From Hormiphora californensis (lineage: Eukaryota > Animalia > Ctenophora), in the NCBI GenBank assembly GCA_020137815.1, contig CM035355.1:6200001-6264000 (forward strand): 64,000 nt of DNA. Direction: 5' to 3'. Shown one piece after another: positions 12,481 to 26,725 of the stretch. The first letter of the stretch is position 1; every line of letters starts with the position of its first letter. The notes beneath the pieces are model-generated. The model did no database searches. It saw only the letters and a program-made list of their open reading frames with translations, and was not told the DNA's origin. A program made the position numbers and the translations under genes.

Positions 12481-13101
12481 TGGAACGGGGTGGCTGTCCT
12501 CTCTGGAGCGGGGTCAGCTGTCTTTACTGGAACGGGGTCAGCTGTCCTTGCTGGAGCGGGGTCAGCCGTCCTCTCTGGAGCGGGGTGGCTGTCCTCTCTG
12601 GAACGGGGTCAGCTGTCTTTACTGGAGCGGGGTCAGCTGTCCTTACTGGAGCGGGGTCAGCTGTCTTCTCTGGAACGGGGTGGCTGTCTTCTCTGGAGCG
12701 GGGTCAGCTGTCCTTACTGGAGCGGGGCCGGCTGTCTTTACTGGAACGGGGTCAGCTGTCCTTACTGGAACGGGGTCAGCTGTCCTCTCTGGAACGGGGT
12801 GGCTGTCCTCTCTGGGGCGGGGTCAGCTGTCTTTACTGGAACGGGGTCAGCTGTCTTTACTGGAACGGGGTCAGCTGTCCTTACTGGATCGGGGTCAGCT
12901 GTCTTCTCTGGAACGGGGGTGGCTGTCTTCTCTGGAACGGGGTCAGCTGGCTTCTCTGGAACGGGGTCAGCTGACTTTTCTGGAACGGGGTCAGCTGGCT
13001 TCTCTGGAACGGGGTCAGCTGGCTTCTCTGGAACGGGGTCGGCTGTCTTCTCTGGAGCGGGGTCAGCTGGCTTCTCTGGAACGGGCTGGCTGTCCTCTCT
13101 G
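12481..13101 (-). repeat. 23/24-bp minisatellite, about 26 units; possibly a coding (PVPEKTAD)n exon on the minus strand
   Basis: Unit ctggaacggggtcagctgtc(c/t)t(t/c)(a/t); minus strand reads PVPEKPAD/PAPEKTAD. Confidence 0.9.
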
Positions 13102-13299
13102 GCTCGACATGTAATCATCATCCATTTGTGTTATTTTATTTTTTTTTCGCTCGAACCCGTTCCTGCTTGTTTTAGGCTGCCTTAGATTCAGACGGTTTGC
13201 TTCTTCAGTTCCTGATAAGTTGTCTCCTCTTAGAATTCATTGTAGCAGATTGGGCTTCTTTGCAGATAGTTTAGGAGGTCTTGTGCTCCGTCACCATGA

Positions 13300-16230
13300 G
13301 CTTTAATCCCACTTTACTTCCCCCTTTTTAAAATCATCCCCTTTCCTTAACCCATATGTTACATTGTTAAATTTACCCTAGTACATTTTTTTCAACCTAC
13401 CCTACCTTTACCCGGCAGGCCCTCCGGGCCCTAGATCCCGGGATCCGGGGCCCGGGGGGTTTTAAACCCTCTCTGCGGGGGCCCACGGGCCCTGTGGGAG
13501 GGGTGCGTGTAGTGCCGAAAAAGAGAGAAAAGGGGGAAAAAGAGAGAAGAGAGAGAGAGAAAAAAGAAAAAAAGGGGGGGTTTTTTTAAAAAAAAAAAAA
13601 AATTTTTTTTTTTGGGGAGGAGAAGAGCTTCAAAAATTTACTTTTACACACAAAACATTCTATTAACCCGCGTGCCCAAAAAAAAACTAGGGTACTTTGG
13701 GCCTTCTTTTCTCCTAGAAATTTATTTCATCCCCCTGATGTTTTGCACAATATTTTTTGGTTCTCATTCGGGATCCGGAGTTTCAGCCCTCTGGAAAAAA
13801 ATTCCCCTTTTTTTTTCGCCCAATAAACATTTAATGAACGCCAAAACGGGGCCAAATTTTTGGTACCAAAAATTTTTAAACAAATTTGTTTTTGGGTATC
13901 GATTTTCTTTCGAACGCGACCCGTTTGAGCTTAATTGGGTCACCACCCGAAAAAAGTGACCTTTACCTCCTAGGCTGGGGGCATGTGATCCCCATCAAAT
14001 TTGACGTGTTAGCAAAAGAAATTACTTCTAACACGCTGTATCGGTATAACCCTCCTAAAATTGAAAAATGTGAAATTACCCCCGGACCTTACACCTGCTT
14101 ATTGGCACTTATAATGACGAGCGTCCAATAGGGGTCACTTAAAACCGCTTAGGGGCGGAAAAATGGCCCTGTGTCTTTTGTATCCAATTGAGCTAAATTA
14201 GTCGCGTTTGAAAGGAAAACGTTCCCAAAATCGACTTAAAATTTCCCTTTGGAATACCCTTTTTTTTTCAGTTTTATTTTGGATTCTTCCCCGTCGAAAA
14301 ATGAATTTTTGATGGGGCCGAAATTCTTAACATTAATACGATCAATGTAATGGGGTACGAATTTTTTTGCGCCTGAATTTTTCCCAAATTTTTCTTGTCA
14401 AAAGGGGTTTTAAAATCGTTTGTTTGAAAAAATGACCTTTTTTTTAAAATCATTTTTTTCACCAATTTTAAATTTTGATTCTTTTTTAAAAAAAACCTCG
14501 GATTGCCATTTTTATTGTTTACTCTAATGCAGGTTGCAAAATTTTTAAAAAAAATCAAATTTAACCAGGAAAAAAAACGTGGAAAACCCAAAAAAAACGA
14601 AAAGGGTTTTCATTCTGAACTTACATTTTTATGTTTTGAAATCCGGATTCCCCCGAATGAGAAACCTTTAAAAATATTGTGACAAAAATATCAGAGTGAC
14701 GAAATTAAACTTCGGGGAGAAAAAAAGGGCCCCAACGTCCCCCTTATTTTTTTTTTGGGCCCCGCGCGGTATATATGCGTGTGTATGACAGGTTGATTCC
14801 CCAAAAAAACCCCCCCCCCCCCCTTTTTTTTGGGGGGGGGTTTGGGGGGGGGGCCCCAAAAAAGGGGGGGGGAAAAAATTATTTGTTTGTTTGGGGAAGG
14901 GGGGAAAAAAAAAAATATTTTTTTTTAAAAAAAAACCCCCCTTTTAAAAAAAAGGCCCCCCCTTTTTTTTTTGGGGGAAAAAAAAAAGGGGGGGGGAAAA
15001 AATTTTTGGGGGGGGGGCAGTGGTTTTTTGGGTTTTTGGGGGGTTTTGGGGGGGGGGGGGAGAGAATTATGAAATTTTTTAAAAAAAAAGAAAAGGAAAA
15101 AAGGGGGGAAAAAAAAAGGGGAAAAAAGGGGGGGGAGGGAGGGAGGGGGGAGAGAAAGGAAAGGAAAAGGGGGGGTTTTTTTTTTTAAAAAAAAAAAAAA
15201 TTCTCACTTTTTTTTCCAAAACCCCCCCCCCCCCCTTTTTTTTTTTCCCCCCTCTCTCTCCCCCCCCCCCCCTCTCTCTCTCTCTTTTTTTTTTTTTTTC
15301 CCCCCCCCCCCCCCCCCCTTTTTTCCCCCCCCCCTTTTTTTTTCTTTTCCCCCCCCCCCCCTTTTTTTTCTCCCCCCCCCCCTTTCTCTTTCCCCCCCCT
15401 TTTTTTTCCCCCCCCTCTCCCCCTCTTTTCCCCCCCTCCCTTTTTTCTTTTTCCCCCCCCCCCCTTTTTTCTTCCCCCCTCTCCCCCCTTCCCCCCCTTT
15501 TTTTCCCCCCCCCCCTCCCCCCTCCCCCCCCTTTTTTTTGGTTTTTCCCCCCTTTTCCCCCCAAAATTTTCCCCTTTTCCCCCCCCCCCTCCTTTTTTTT
15601 TTCCCGTTCCCCCCAAAAAACCCCCCCCCCCTTCCCCCCCCCCCTCCCTTTTCCCCCTTTTCCCCCCTTTTTTCCCCCTCCCTTTTTTTTGGGGGGTTTT
15701 TTTTCCCCTTTTTTCCCCCCCCCCCCTTTTTTTTTTTTTTCCCCTTTTTTTTTTCCCCCCCCCTTTTTTTTCCCCCCTTTTTCCCCCCAAAAAAAAATTT
15801 TTTTTTTTTTTTTTTTTTTTTCCCCCCCTTTTTTTTTTCCCCCCCCCCCTTTCCCCCAAAAACCCCGGGGGGGGAAAAAAAAAAATTTTTTTCCCCCCCC
15901 CCCCCCGGGCCCCGGGGTTGGGTTTTTCCCCCCCCTTTAAATTTTTCCCCCTTTCCCCCCCCCCTTTTTTCCCCCTTTTCCCCCCCCCCTTTTTTTTTTT
16001 TTTTTCCTTTTTCCCCCTTTTTCCCCCTTCCCCCCCCATTTTCCCCCCCTTTTTTTCCCCCCCCCCCCCCTTTTCCCCCCCCCCCCTTTTTTTTTCCCCC
16101 CCCCCCCCCCCCAAAAAACCCCCCCCCCTTTTTTTTTTCCCCCCCCCTTTTTTTCCCCCTTTCCCCCCTTTTTAAAGGGGGGCCCCCCTTTTTTTCCCCC
16201 CCCCCCCCCCCCCCCCTCTCTCTCTCTTTC
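13300..16230. other. Homopolymer-degraded low-quality sequence (probable read/assembly artefact) over a repeat
   Basis: Progressive replacement of normal sequence by A/C/G/T runs; residual inverted repeat (cgaacgcgacccgtttgagcttaattgg / ccaattgagctaaattagtcgcgtttg) near 13.9-14.2 kb. Confidence 0.8.
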
Positions 16231-18248
16231 TCTTCTCTACGATCTCTTAACGCACCCCAACAAATAGGTCTACTCTAATGGTCCGAGCCCGAACATTCCC
16301 TCCCTTTCTTTTGTTTCCCGATACTATCACACACAACACTACTATTCCCTCTCTTACCACTCCCTACCCCTCCCTTTTTCATTTTCTTGAAACCACTGTT
16401 ATATTTGCCAACTCGAGTTTAGAAGGGTGGGGTAGGGTTTATATTGATTGATTGCTTTTAGCAAGTCGAAAGAGAAACGGGGAGGGAGAGAATAATTTGT
16501 AACATCTGTTCGTACTTAATTATATTCATGGAAAAATAGATCGGTTCAGTTCGAGAGATTATTACCCATGTAACTATGCAGAAGAAAAGTATATTTTATG
16601 CTAAATGTACTTTATATTAACTCTCAGTGGCCGGTGGAATATATGTGAGTCGCCACATAGTGTTTTCTGATGGTGTCCACAGTTCTGCGTGAGATCTTTC
16701 CTCACGAGAGAAGTAGGGACAGAGAGAGAGAATGAGAGAGAGAAATAGAAATGACAGAGAGACAGAAATATAGGATAGAGGGAGAGACAGTGAGACAAAG
16801 GGAGATAGACAGAGTCTGGTAATACTAAGCTGTTAGATATTTCGCTCTGGATTGCCGTATGCAGAGCATTTCAATTTCCTGGCAATATCACCCCACTGTT
16901 AAACACATGTATGATCCCAGCTAACTTTCCTTTCATACACAATAGTTTGTCAGGCACTGACTGTAACATCACGATTCAAATTAACATGGTGGGTTGGCAT
17001 AATTTCTGCGTCCGTTCCCTAAAATGAAGCCAGCCTCCCTCTCTCAATGTTCTGAGAAGGCAGTAATCCGTGTACAAATAGTTGGAAGAATTAGGCGCTT
17101 TGTTCTCCAAACCTTGTGTATGATGTAAAGAAATCAACAGAGATGGACAAAAGACTTTTGGGTAAAGAAGGGAGAAACGGGTGACAGATTGAGAGTGTTT
17201 GCGCGAAAGAAAGAGAGAGTGGAAAACCAACAAAAAACAGAGAGGGAGAGAAATGGGAATGAGAGAGAGAGAGAAACAGAAAAACAGTGAGGGAGAGAGA
17301 AAGAGAGAGGGCGGAGAGGGCGGAGAGAGCTACAAACAAGTACATGGTAGGCTACCTTCCTTCGTGCCTTCCCATTCGTCTCTCTTCCCCACAGTATTAT
17401 AAAGCGGCTAGGGCTCCACCCTACAGTGTGGCGCGGCAACATCATAATGTGGGGAGTCCATACTTTCAACTCGCGCGCGCCTGTCAAACGGGTGACGCGC
17501 AGATCCTGTCACTTCGTGGGTGTTTCTGTATGTGCGTCAGTGTGTCAGTGTGTGGCTATTTTGAGACAAGTTGTTGACAAGTTACCCCTTTTTGCTTTCG
17601 ACTTTTAATAAAATCAAATAAAAACGTTCCCCCTTTACATCGACCTTTTTTCAAAATTCTAACCTCTCCCTTTTTTCAGGTGGATACCAGGATAATATAC
17701 AATTGACGAGCGCTGTTGCCCCCTTCTTCGCTTATATATTGAGATAGTTTCCTCATCTTGCGGGAACACATGGACTTTTCTTATACCAATGATATATCGC
17801 TATTTCATATTTCACTAGCTCCCCCTTTAATATGTTCCTGTTATATTACTTGAGGAATGGAAATGAGTTACCCCAATTCTAAGGACTGAAGAGAGAAGGA
17901 AGAGAGTGTAAATCTTAGAAATATAATGTGTGTGCGAGAGAATATATATGTACATAAAGTGCGCTGATATATACAAGTTCTCTGTTTATGGGAAAAAGGG
18001 AAATTGAGTTATGATTGAGTTATAATAGAGTTATGATTGTCATTATAATGGAGAGAGAAAGAGAGAGAAATAAAGAGAATTGAAGAGTATGTATAGCTTG
18101 GTAATTATTGATATAATAACTTGTTTATTTGAAGAAAATCCTTGTGAGCTATGATTGTACCGCCAGAAAATAGTGGAAATAATAGTTGTAGTAATTTCCA
18201 CCACATGTTTTCTCGATTTCTACACTCCCCACTTCTTGTGTTGTCTGT

Positions 18249-18369
18249 CAGCTCGCTCCAGAACCCCTCTCTGAGCTAAGCGAGAGGGGAGATTCGCTCC
18301 AGAACCTCTCCGAGCTAAGCGAGAAGTAATATTCTCTCCGAGCGGAGCGAGCTGGTTCTGGAGCGAGCT
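18249..18369. mobile_element. Small MITE-like inverted repeat
   Basis: cagctcgctccagaacc...ggttctggagcgagctg with internal gagctaagcgaga repeats; no clear TSD. Confidence 0.5.
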
Positions 18370-18579
18370 GGTACAGAGTCCTCTATATCCCAGGTTTCGC
18401 TGTTTCTAAATATACCGTATAGCTGCATTGTAGTATGTATTTTCATTACAAAATTTAAATACTTTCGTTTTTCTAGCTAACCAGGGCAGATCTGATAATA
18501 CTTTCTTCAGATATCGCAGGATATCAGAACTGCCCTGCAGGTGTGTATTTCAAGGGACTTGGGACCTCCTTTTAGGTTG

Positions 18580-19050
18580 GATTGGTAACCAGGCCCTGGT
18601 TAAATGATTCAACGGATGGTTAGTAGACTTGAGCTTAGAACCTCTTTTGCTGTCAGACTCAGAGAATTGGCCCTATTTATAGCATTCTCATTTCTTTCAA
18701 ACAAGAGCGAGAACCGCGGTCAGAGCATTGACCTGACAGCTCTTTTGACGTTGGATTGGAATTGTAACCACCGTAACCACTGTCAAGCCAATGCTCTGAC
18801 CACAGTTCTCCGAATAGGGTCAGGTCAATACTCTGACACCGTAACCAGGCCCTAGTTAAATGGGTAAATGGATGGTTAGCGAATCATATACCGCTGCCAT
18901 ATCTGCACAAAGTGCGACAGAAAGCTGTCAGAGCATTGGCCTGACCGGAGCGCTCGAGTAATTTACTCAACAAGTGGTCAGAGGGGGCCCCCCGGTCAGA
19001 GCATTTGCCTGACAGATAGAAAGGGTCAGTGTGTTGCCTGACAGATCCTT
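18580..19050. repeat. Cluster of (g)tcagagcattggcctgacag motifs and direct repeats
   Basis: At least 5 variant copies on both strands; gtaaccaggccct..gttaaatg..ggatggttag twice; same motif at about 42865. Confidence 0.6.
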
Positions 19051-19122
19051 TGTTGCAATGTTTACATCTCTACAAAATACACAAAGTGCACCTACTTAGT
19101 ACAAACGTAACATGTACAATGA

Positions 19123-19187
19123 CTGTATGGCAGCGCCATACCCCATTTGGGCATTTGATTCTCAGATGGGGTCGCGGCGCCAGACAG
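19123..19187. mobile_element. 65-bp MITE, 8-bp TSD
   Basis: ctgtatggcagcgcc...gcggcgccagacag flanked by tacaatga on both sides; sister copy at 56174-56241. Confidence 0.85.
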
Positions 19188-19766
19188 TACAATGAAATGT
19201 AAGCATGTCATCGGCACACTCAGTGTAGTGCAAACTAATTACAGATTATAACCGAGACCATCACAACAATACAAGTACATACAGTACACAGTACAATACA
19301 GTGTATATGCATTATACAGTACATGGTACTCGAGAATATATTTTTTAGGAACTTGTGTGTGTGTTATTTCTGGCGGCGCCGACCCGATCGGAAACTAGAA
19401 ACTCTCGATTTCAGCGCTTTTTAAAAATAATATTATCAAAATATTATAATAACTCAATACACATCTACACACATATTTATTTTTCTCCAAATATAACCCT
19501 TTATACAGTTTCTGTGATAAGAAAATAATAACTCTTCAAGAGAGGGAACATCTCACAAATAATCTTAGTATGTAATGGGTGTCTTTAATAATAATTAATC
19601 TCTCATAATGTTCAGTGTTCCTATCTTTTCGCACTCAGATTCTTCGATATTGAATATGAGTTTCTTGATTTCAGTTGTATCCTTGCACTGTCAATTCCAA
19701 GCTATCTGAATCTATCCACTATTCTGTACTGTCAGAGTCAGTTGAAACTAGGCTGATCCAGGAGCG

Positions 19767-22700
19767 CTACGTTAATTTTAGTACCTGAAACAGAGTCACG
19801 ATTTAAAATTTCGATTTAGAATTTAGAAAGGGTGGAGAGACGTAGTAAAAGAAAAAAGTGAATCAAATATTGAAATACTGTGACAATTACCTTTCCATGT
19901 ATTCGTATCCTATAAAGGCATGTGTATTCAGGGTTACCATGGTTACTCTCTATGTATAATTCCACTATCTCATAGGCCACAGGGGTGGAGCTCTGAAGTA
20001 TAATAAGGGTTGGTAAATTTGCTGTTTCAAATCAATAACGGCAGAAAGGTCAGTGGTAAATAGAGAGAGCGAGAGAAAGGCAGAGGGGAAGGGGGGGGGA
20101 CAAGTACCTTAATTTTAAAGTGCTGTAACGCAGGACCAGTGTCGCTGTACATGAACTGCCCAAAGTGGTGACTTTTTGTATCCTCCGGGTGGGAGAGGCC
20201 TCTGATGGAAAACCGCCGGGGTGCCGAACTGATATCGTTATTGAGAGATAGTCGTCTGGGGAGATGTTCCATAGAGACACCGTCAATTAACACTGCGTGG
20301 GCCAGCTGTGTGGGAATGGAGGGCATGTTAGATTAAATATTCATCGTCATAACTGATATCATAAGGTAAGAAAGATAATATCTTGTCACCTCCACACACA
20401 TTTTCCAACCAACACATGACTTTAGAATCATCTCTTAATTTAGATTTGCACTTTCCAACTCATTGTCTCACCTTGATCATCATATACCCCTCGGTTCCCT
20501 TGAAAGCCCAGCATTGTCCAGGAGTAATGCCCGGTTGTAGAGCCACATTGGGTGGGTTGGGTACCCGGTACAGGGGTACACTCATGAAACTTGCATATGG
20601 GGCACCTTCATAGTAGGTCTCTGTAGGGGGATGGGACATTGTTTGTAATGGCGTGGCTTGGATTGTTTAAGCCCTGTTAGTGATAGCAATTATGAATGTA
20701 GTCTTAGTCCGAGTATGAACAGAATTACATAATGATCTAACGGTATGATCATCCGTGGAGTTAGATCATTAATTGATCGTCATTACTAACTGATAATTGG
20801 ATTCCAATTACTGGACTCATTACGAGTATGACAAATCCTAATTATTCAGTTCTCTCACCTGTACACCCGGTTGATAGGATACTTCCACCAAGGGCTTCTA
20901 GGGCAAAGTCAGCCCGGCCAGTCTTATCTTCATCAAACGTTTGTAGTGCATCACTCACAATTACCCTGATATCCTGCAAGAAACAGAGTTTCATATACAA
21001 TACAGAGGGCGTGGTTTGTCCAAAATCAGGAAAATTTAGAGTGATTTGGTGCTGCGACACCTCGATCACACCCTGAATATGATAATTCATGAACAATGCG
21101 AATGAACACGCAAGTGGAGATTTGCAGCTGCATGATTTTGGCTGAGAATGACCCGCCGTGCGCGGCACACCAGATAACAACATAACGCGCGCAGTTCCCT
21201 AGATCCACCACCCCGCGTGCAACAGACACTCAACTAGGAAACTGGGACCGAGAGGTACAGAGACCGCTTTGAGTTCATCGGTCATTCATTGGCCGGTAGA
21301 GTTCTCTTACATCTAGGCCATACAATACACTTACAGAGAGAGTGACGCCTGTTTCAGGTCTCAGGTCAATTTGGTGTTTGCTCCGTAGTTCCGCTAGAAT
21401 CACTTGAATCAACTCGTCTTGGGAGGGCAGGACTGTTGTTTCGTTGGCAACAACAGTGTGAGGAGTAGCAGTGGACTCTCTTTGATACTGGGGAGAATGA
21501 GAATTAGTGGGGAATTAGTATTCAAGTAATCAAGTAATCATTAACATGTTTAAATTAATTCCTTAGTTTGATTTGGTGATCCCCATTACGGTAATGCGAC
21601 TACAAGCGGCGCTGTTATCTCCAACCTCCAGGCTGGGGTACAGAGGGAGGACACTAAATTCCCTAGTAACAAGCACTTACACTGAGCTCCTCCTTGAGTA
21701 GAAAGCGAGCAACAAGCCACTCGGAGAAGTACCGGGTTTCAGAGCTTTCCCTAGTAATATCTGATAACACACTTAGAACAACCTAAAGAGATAGTAAGGA
21801 GGGATGAATTCTTGAAATCCTGGGATGTCAAATCCAAACCAAAGTGAATAAAATCCAAACCAATCCGCTATCCAATCCGACCCAAACCGCTATCCAATCC
21901 CGAACCCGAACCAAATCCCCTCTAAACCGACCTGTCGAGTTTGTTTTGCTGCCTCACTCTTTGCTGTCTCTATCAGCGCTTTCAGCTCCCTAATATTAGC
22001 AGTGGCCCTCTCCTCACTGTCCTTCCCACTGCGGGATAGGACATCTAGTTTGGAGCGCAGGTCAACAATCTGTGAGTTCGTCTCATCTCGTGCCCTGGTA
22101 AGCTGATGGAAATGGGAGATGTGTGAGTCCGGTGCCGCTTATTTCATTTGGTTATGTAATTATTATACTGCAACGCCTGGGTGCACTCTTATCTTTCTCT
22201 TTCTGTTATCTGGGCCGTATAAAACTAAAGGGTTGACGTAACATTTTTTAAAACCACCCTGTACCTGGTCGATTCTCAAGTCTGTGTCCTTGCCCTCAAG
22301 TGCCCTAATTCTCTGTTCAGCGGCATTTAGGGAGGCTCGGACAGCCTGGCCGGCATCCTCTTGCTCCTTCATCAAACTTTTTAGTTCAGTGAGCCGGGAA
22401 GTGAGAACCTCATCATTACCTGACGCCGCTGCAAGTTGTGCTGAGGGGAGAATGGAGATAAGGATGTGTTAGGGAAGGTCGTTTTTATCTCCAGCTCCCG
22501 AAATACTAAGAAGATGTTATGTTGGGGTTATGTTCCAACGACCAAACCTATTTTACGGGGCGCAGTGAGAGAGGGTCGAGCAAGGCAACTAGAGGGAAAA
22601 ACAAACTTCACTTAGAGGTCGCCAGTGGGAGAATACATACCATTTGATATGACGACAAGGAGTTCCTTACGTAGTAGTGCCAGCTTATCCTCTACAGCAG

Positions 22701-25700
22701 CTGCTTGAACTAGAGATGGCCTTTCTCCTTGTAAACCCTTGATATCCCTAGTAGATAAATTAATCATAGGATTAATCATAGGATAACAACTACTATACAT
22801 ATACTAGTTTTTTACAAATGTGTAATAGGCCAGAAAAACTTAGAAACTCTGAATTCCTAAAGTCCTGAAAAATTAAACACCCACCTCTGGAGACTATCAA
22901 TATTCCTAGTAAGACCCTCAATTGTAACTCCCATGTCCCTCTCCTTGTCAGAAATTCCACCACTCAGACCCTTTATAGAGTTATCAAGTGTAGTTATATC
23001 TGCAGTCATTCGGTGTAGGTCACCCTCTGTTATCTTCTGGGATTTTAGCAGCTGAAAACAGTAAAATGGTGATTGGAGAAGAGATACAGTTTATTTGATG
23101 GATCACCAAACACAACTTCAAATAATGTAGCGCTTGACTATTCTTGAGTCTCATGACACAACTTCCACAACTAAAAAACTCACTCACTCCGACCTACTTT
23201 CCAGTGTTCTCACCTCATCTATCTGCCCCACTACTCACCTCATCATGGCGTTTCCCAACATTATCAACAGATGACGTCAGAACAGTGATCACAGTCCTCA
23301 AACTCTCAACCTGACCAGCCATTGCCACCTGGGCCTCCTTTAGGGCAGTCTGTCCCTCCTCTAAGGCAGCTAGATCTGCCTTACTGGCAGCGGTTGAAGT
23401 CAGAGTGGATAGTTTGCTGGCGAGACTAGTGTAGTCCGAACGGAGGTTTGTCTGCCCAGTTTCCAGGTTCTGTGAAGAAAAGGAGTTTTAGGGGCACATT
23501 TGAATTATAAAATGAGATCCAAACTAATCATTGTTTTCTTTAATTGTGGTCCTAACTGAGACACATGGCCCTATAAATTATAGAAGAAAACAACTTGGTT
23601 ACTATGGTAACTATTTACTGTCTCAATACAAACCTTGACAGAAGCGTGGTATGCAGCGATGGTAGCAGCTATACCTCCCAGATCAGTACTGTGTTTATCA
23701 GTCACTGATCTCAGTCTTACCAACTGCTCCTCTACATCACCCTCTTCTTGGAGTTTCTAGGGGGAGTAGAATTAATGGATGATTCCACAAACAAAGCCCG
23801 CTAACAATCAGACAAGACACGAACTATGGACTGCAGACTGCAGAGGCCTTGCTCCTACACACTAACAACGAGTAGTGGGTACAGTGTACTCACTCTAACA
23901 TTACATCTGTATTACCTGGATCAGTGCTAGTTGTTGAGCGGTAGTTTCCTCCAATTTCTCCAGTTTCCCTGCCAGTACCCTCTGCTCCTCGAGATAACTG
24001 AACATGTCCACATTTGATTCGGTAGTCGTGGTACTACCTTGGGTGCTGGTAGTTGGATGCTGGATACCCGCGAAGGGTACAACTGCAGGATAGGATACGA
24101 GTCAAGTTATTGATTTAATACACAATATCTTTATCTTAGGAGTGGTACTTATTTGGGAGATATTTGGAGATATTTGGGAGATATTTGGAGATATTTGGGA
24201 GATATTTGGAGATATTTGGGAGATATTTGGAGATATTTGGAGACGGCAACGATTTAAGATTAGGAATTAGAGGCACTCCAGCTAGACTAGTAAATGTGTG
24301 CACGTTCATTTCGCATGTAATAATTAGAAACATATGTTTGTGTGTATAACAAAAGAGACACTTGTTATGTTCTAATCTTCCTTTACATTAAAGAGAGAGG
24401 GTCGAACAAGTTTGAGAGACAATTTGCAGATATAGTGAGATAGTGTGTACTTTGTAATTTAGCTTATTCAGTGTGAGAGCATTTTTATGCCTATCTAAGT
24501 TGGTTCGTATTTTATGAGGCCCGTATTTTCATCAATAAAAGTCTATCTATGGTGTGTTTAAATCCAGATTTTAATAGTGTGTGTCATAAGTAAGGAAGGT
24601 GTTATAATTTAGGTATACCGCTCTGACGCTGAGCAGTGTCAGTCAAAATTCAGTTTGCTGGCCCTGTTTTGCCTGGGCGGTATACAAAAACTTATATTAT
24701 TATTATTATTATTATAGTGAGAGAAGAACAAGTGTATGTTACACACTATTCTCTCCCTCTAGCTCTCCTTCTAGCAGCCATAATATTGTGTAGTTCCGCT
24801 TTCTTCCAATATACACACTTCTGTAATATCTGTATCAAGTGTGTGTGCCAAGAAGTTAATGTGTACTAGCACACTCTCTTCAGTAGCACAAATTCCAATA
24901 CACACTTCTATACCAAGTAGCACACTCTTCACTAACTTCAATTTGCACTGCTCTAGTTCACACATACACAGTACAGTGTTCTAGGTTCTAGCAACATATT
25001 CGGATGAAACATGGCAGGAACGTACCGGAACGTAAAACATTCCACAAAAACAAAGATGTAAAACACAATTTCTTTGTCTCTCTCACACAACATCACACAC
25101 AATATACTCACGTAGAATAGTAAGTAGAGATGTTATTAACAACAAGAATAGTGCCCCGGCCAGATAGCCGCACCATCCCGTCCTAGTTGATGTTGGGGTG
25201 GTGGTGGAGGGTGATCTGATAGGTCCATCACGGAGGGTGTATCCTGCTGAACCATCCACACGGGGAGTGGAGGAGGGTGTGCTGTCTGTTTCTTTGGAGA
25301 ACTGAGGGGAGAGAGAGTTGTTAGGGGATTGTAGAAAGGTACTTTTCAACAGCTTGATGCCGATATCGGTCCCACTACCCAAACCTTTATCCAATGCTGT
25401 CAAACTAACTAAGTGTCCAGTCAAATTGTCTCAAAACGGAGATGTATTTCCGTCTGTCACCACTCACCGTTCCGTTAGTTTATTCCTGTGTTTCACACGC
25501 ATACATGCAGACATACTGTTGTTACCGGGGGCTTCTAACGCAGCTCTCTGGTTAGCATTGTATATTGCATAAATAATTCTAAATTTATCACCCGGCCTAG
25601 TAATTTATCGCCCCCTTGAGGTAAGCCAAGCAAGGAACGATAGTCTTTACACAGTAAGGGACTGGTATACACTACACACAAAACTCTAATCTGCAAGCTA

Positions 25701-26683
25701 GGTGGTAACACATTCCTACCAAGGCCAGGTAACCATCGTAACCCTACCCAAAACCCAAGGTAACCATGGTAACGCCTTCCTACCCAGGTAACTATGGTAA
25801 CGCCTTCCTACCCAAGGTAACCATGGTAACGCCTTCCTACCCAGGTAACCATGGTAACTCCTTCCTACCCAAGGTAACTATGGTAACGCCTTCCTACCCA
25901 AGGTAACTATGGTAACGCCTTCCTACCCAGGTAACCATGGTAACGCCTTCCTACCCAGGTAACCATGGTAACGCCTTCGTACCCATGTTCTCAGAATGGT
26001 GTTGGTCTCCTTTAGAGGGGGCGTTGAGGGTCGGGAAGAGGTCGGAGTGTACGTTCTCTGGAGAGCATTCCTGCTCGAGGGACGTGGGTACATACACCCG
26101 CTAATACAAGGACAGTGTTATTGTACAACTGCAACTAGAATCCTAGCTTTGGCGAACATAAAACATACAGAAAAGTAAGAAAGCAATCTTCAGGGGAGAA
26201 ATAAGAAATCACAGTCACGTACTTCAAAAAAAGCGGAGAACAGAGAATCCTTAAAATGTATGATACATGAACGCACATATGTATGACACAGTCACACCCT
26301 TATACGGAGAGAGAGGGAGAGTGATACCAGAGAGGTAAAGGGAGAGAGGGATGGAGAGAGAACTGTCATAGCGATGATAGAATATGTGTAGAAATGTGAG
26401 ACTATGAGATATCTTTAACATTTCATTTTCATTTGACTGCCCGAGAAAGAGAGATTGAGCGATTAAAGAGACAGAGAGAGAGATGTACGCCGAATCCAAA
26501 AGAGAGGGAGAGCTGTATCTCCGACCTCCTGTACCTATATCACAAAGAGAGGGGGATCTATTAAATGTACCAACAATTTACCCTGTACAAGCATCATGTG
26601 TGTGCCATCAGAGCCAAAGAAGCAAAGCAGCAGCGAGACAGAACACACAGTGGGGCGGAAATAAGAGTACCGAGAAAGAGAGA

Positions 26684-26725
<42 letters not shown>

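Noticed and set aside
12481-13101. CRISPR-like array (also 25725-25985)
   Set aside because: Head-to-tail units with no unique spacers, no cas genes, eukaryotic context.
13300-16280. Long Gly/Lys- and Pro/Phe-rich ORFs (e.g. 15185-16114, 15538-16278)
   Set aside because: Translations of homopolymer-degraded sequence; probably a low-quality read segment, not genes or G-quadruplex arrays.
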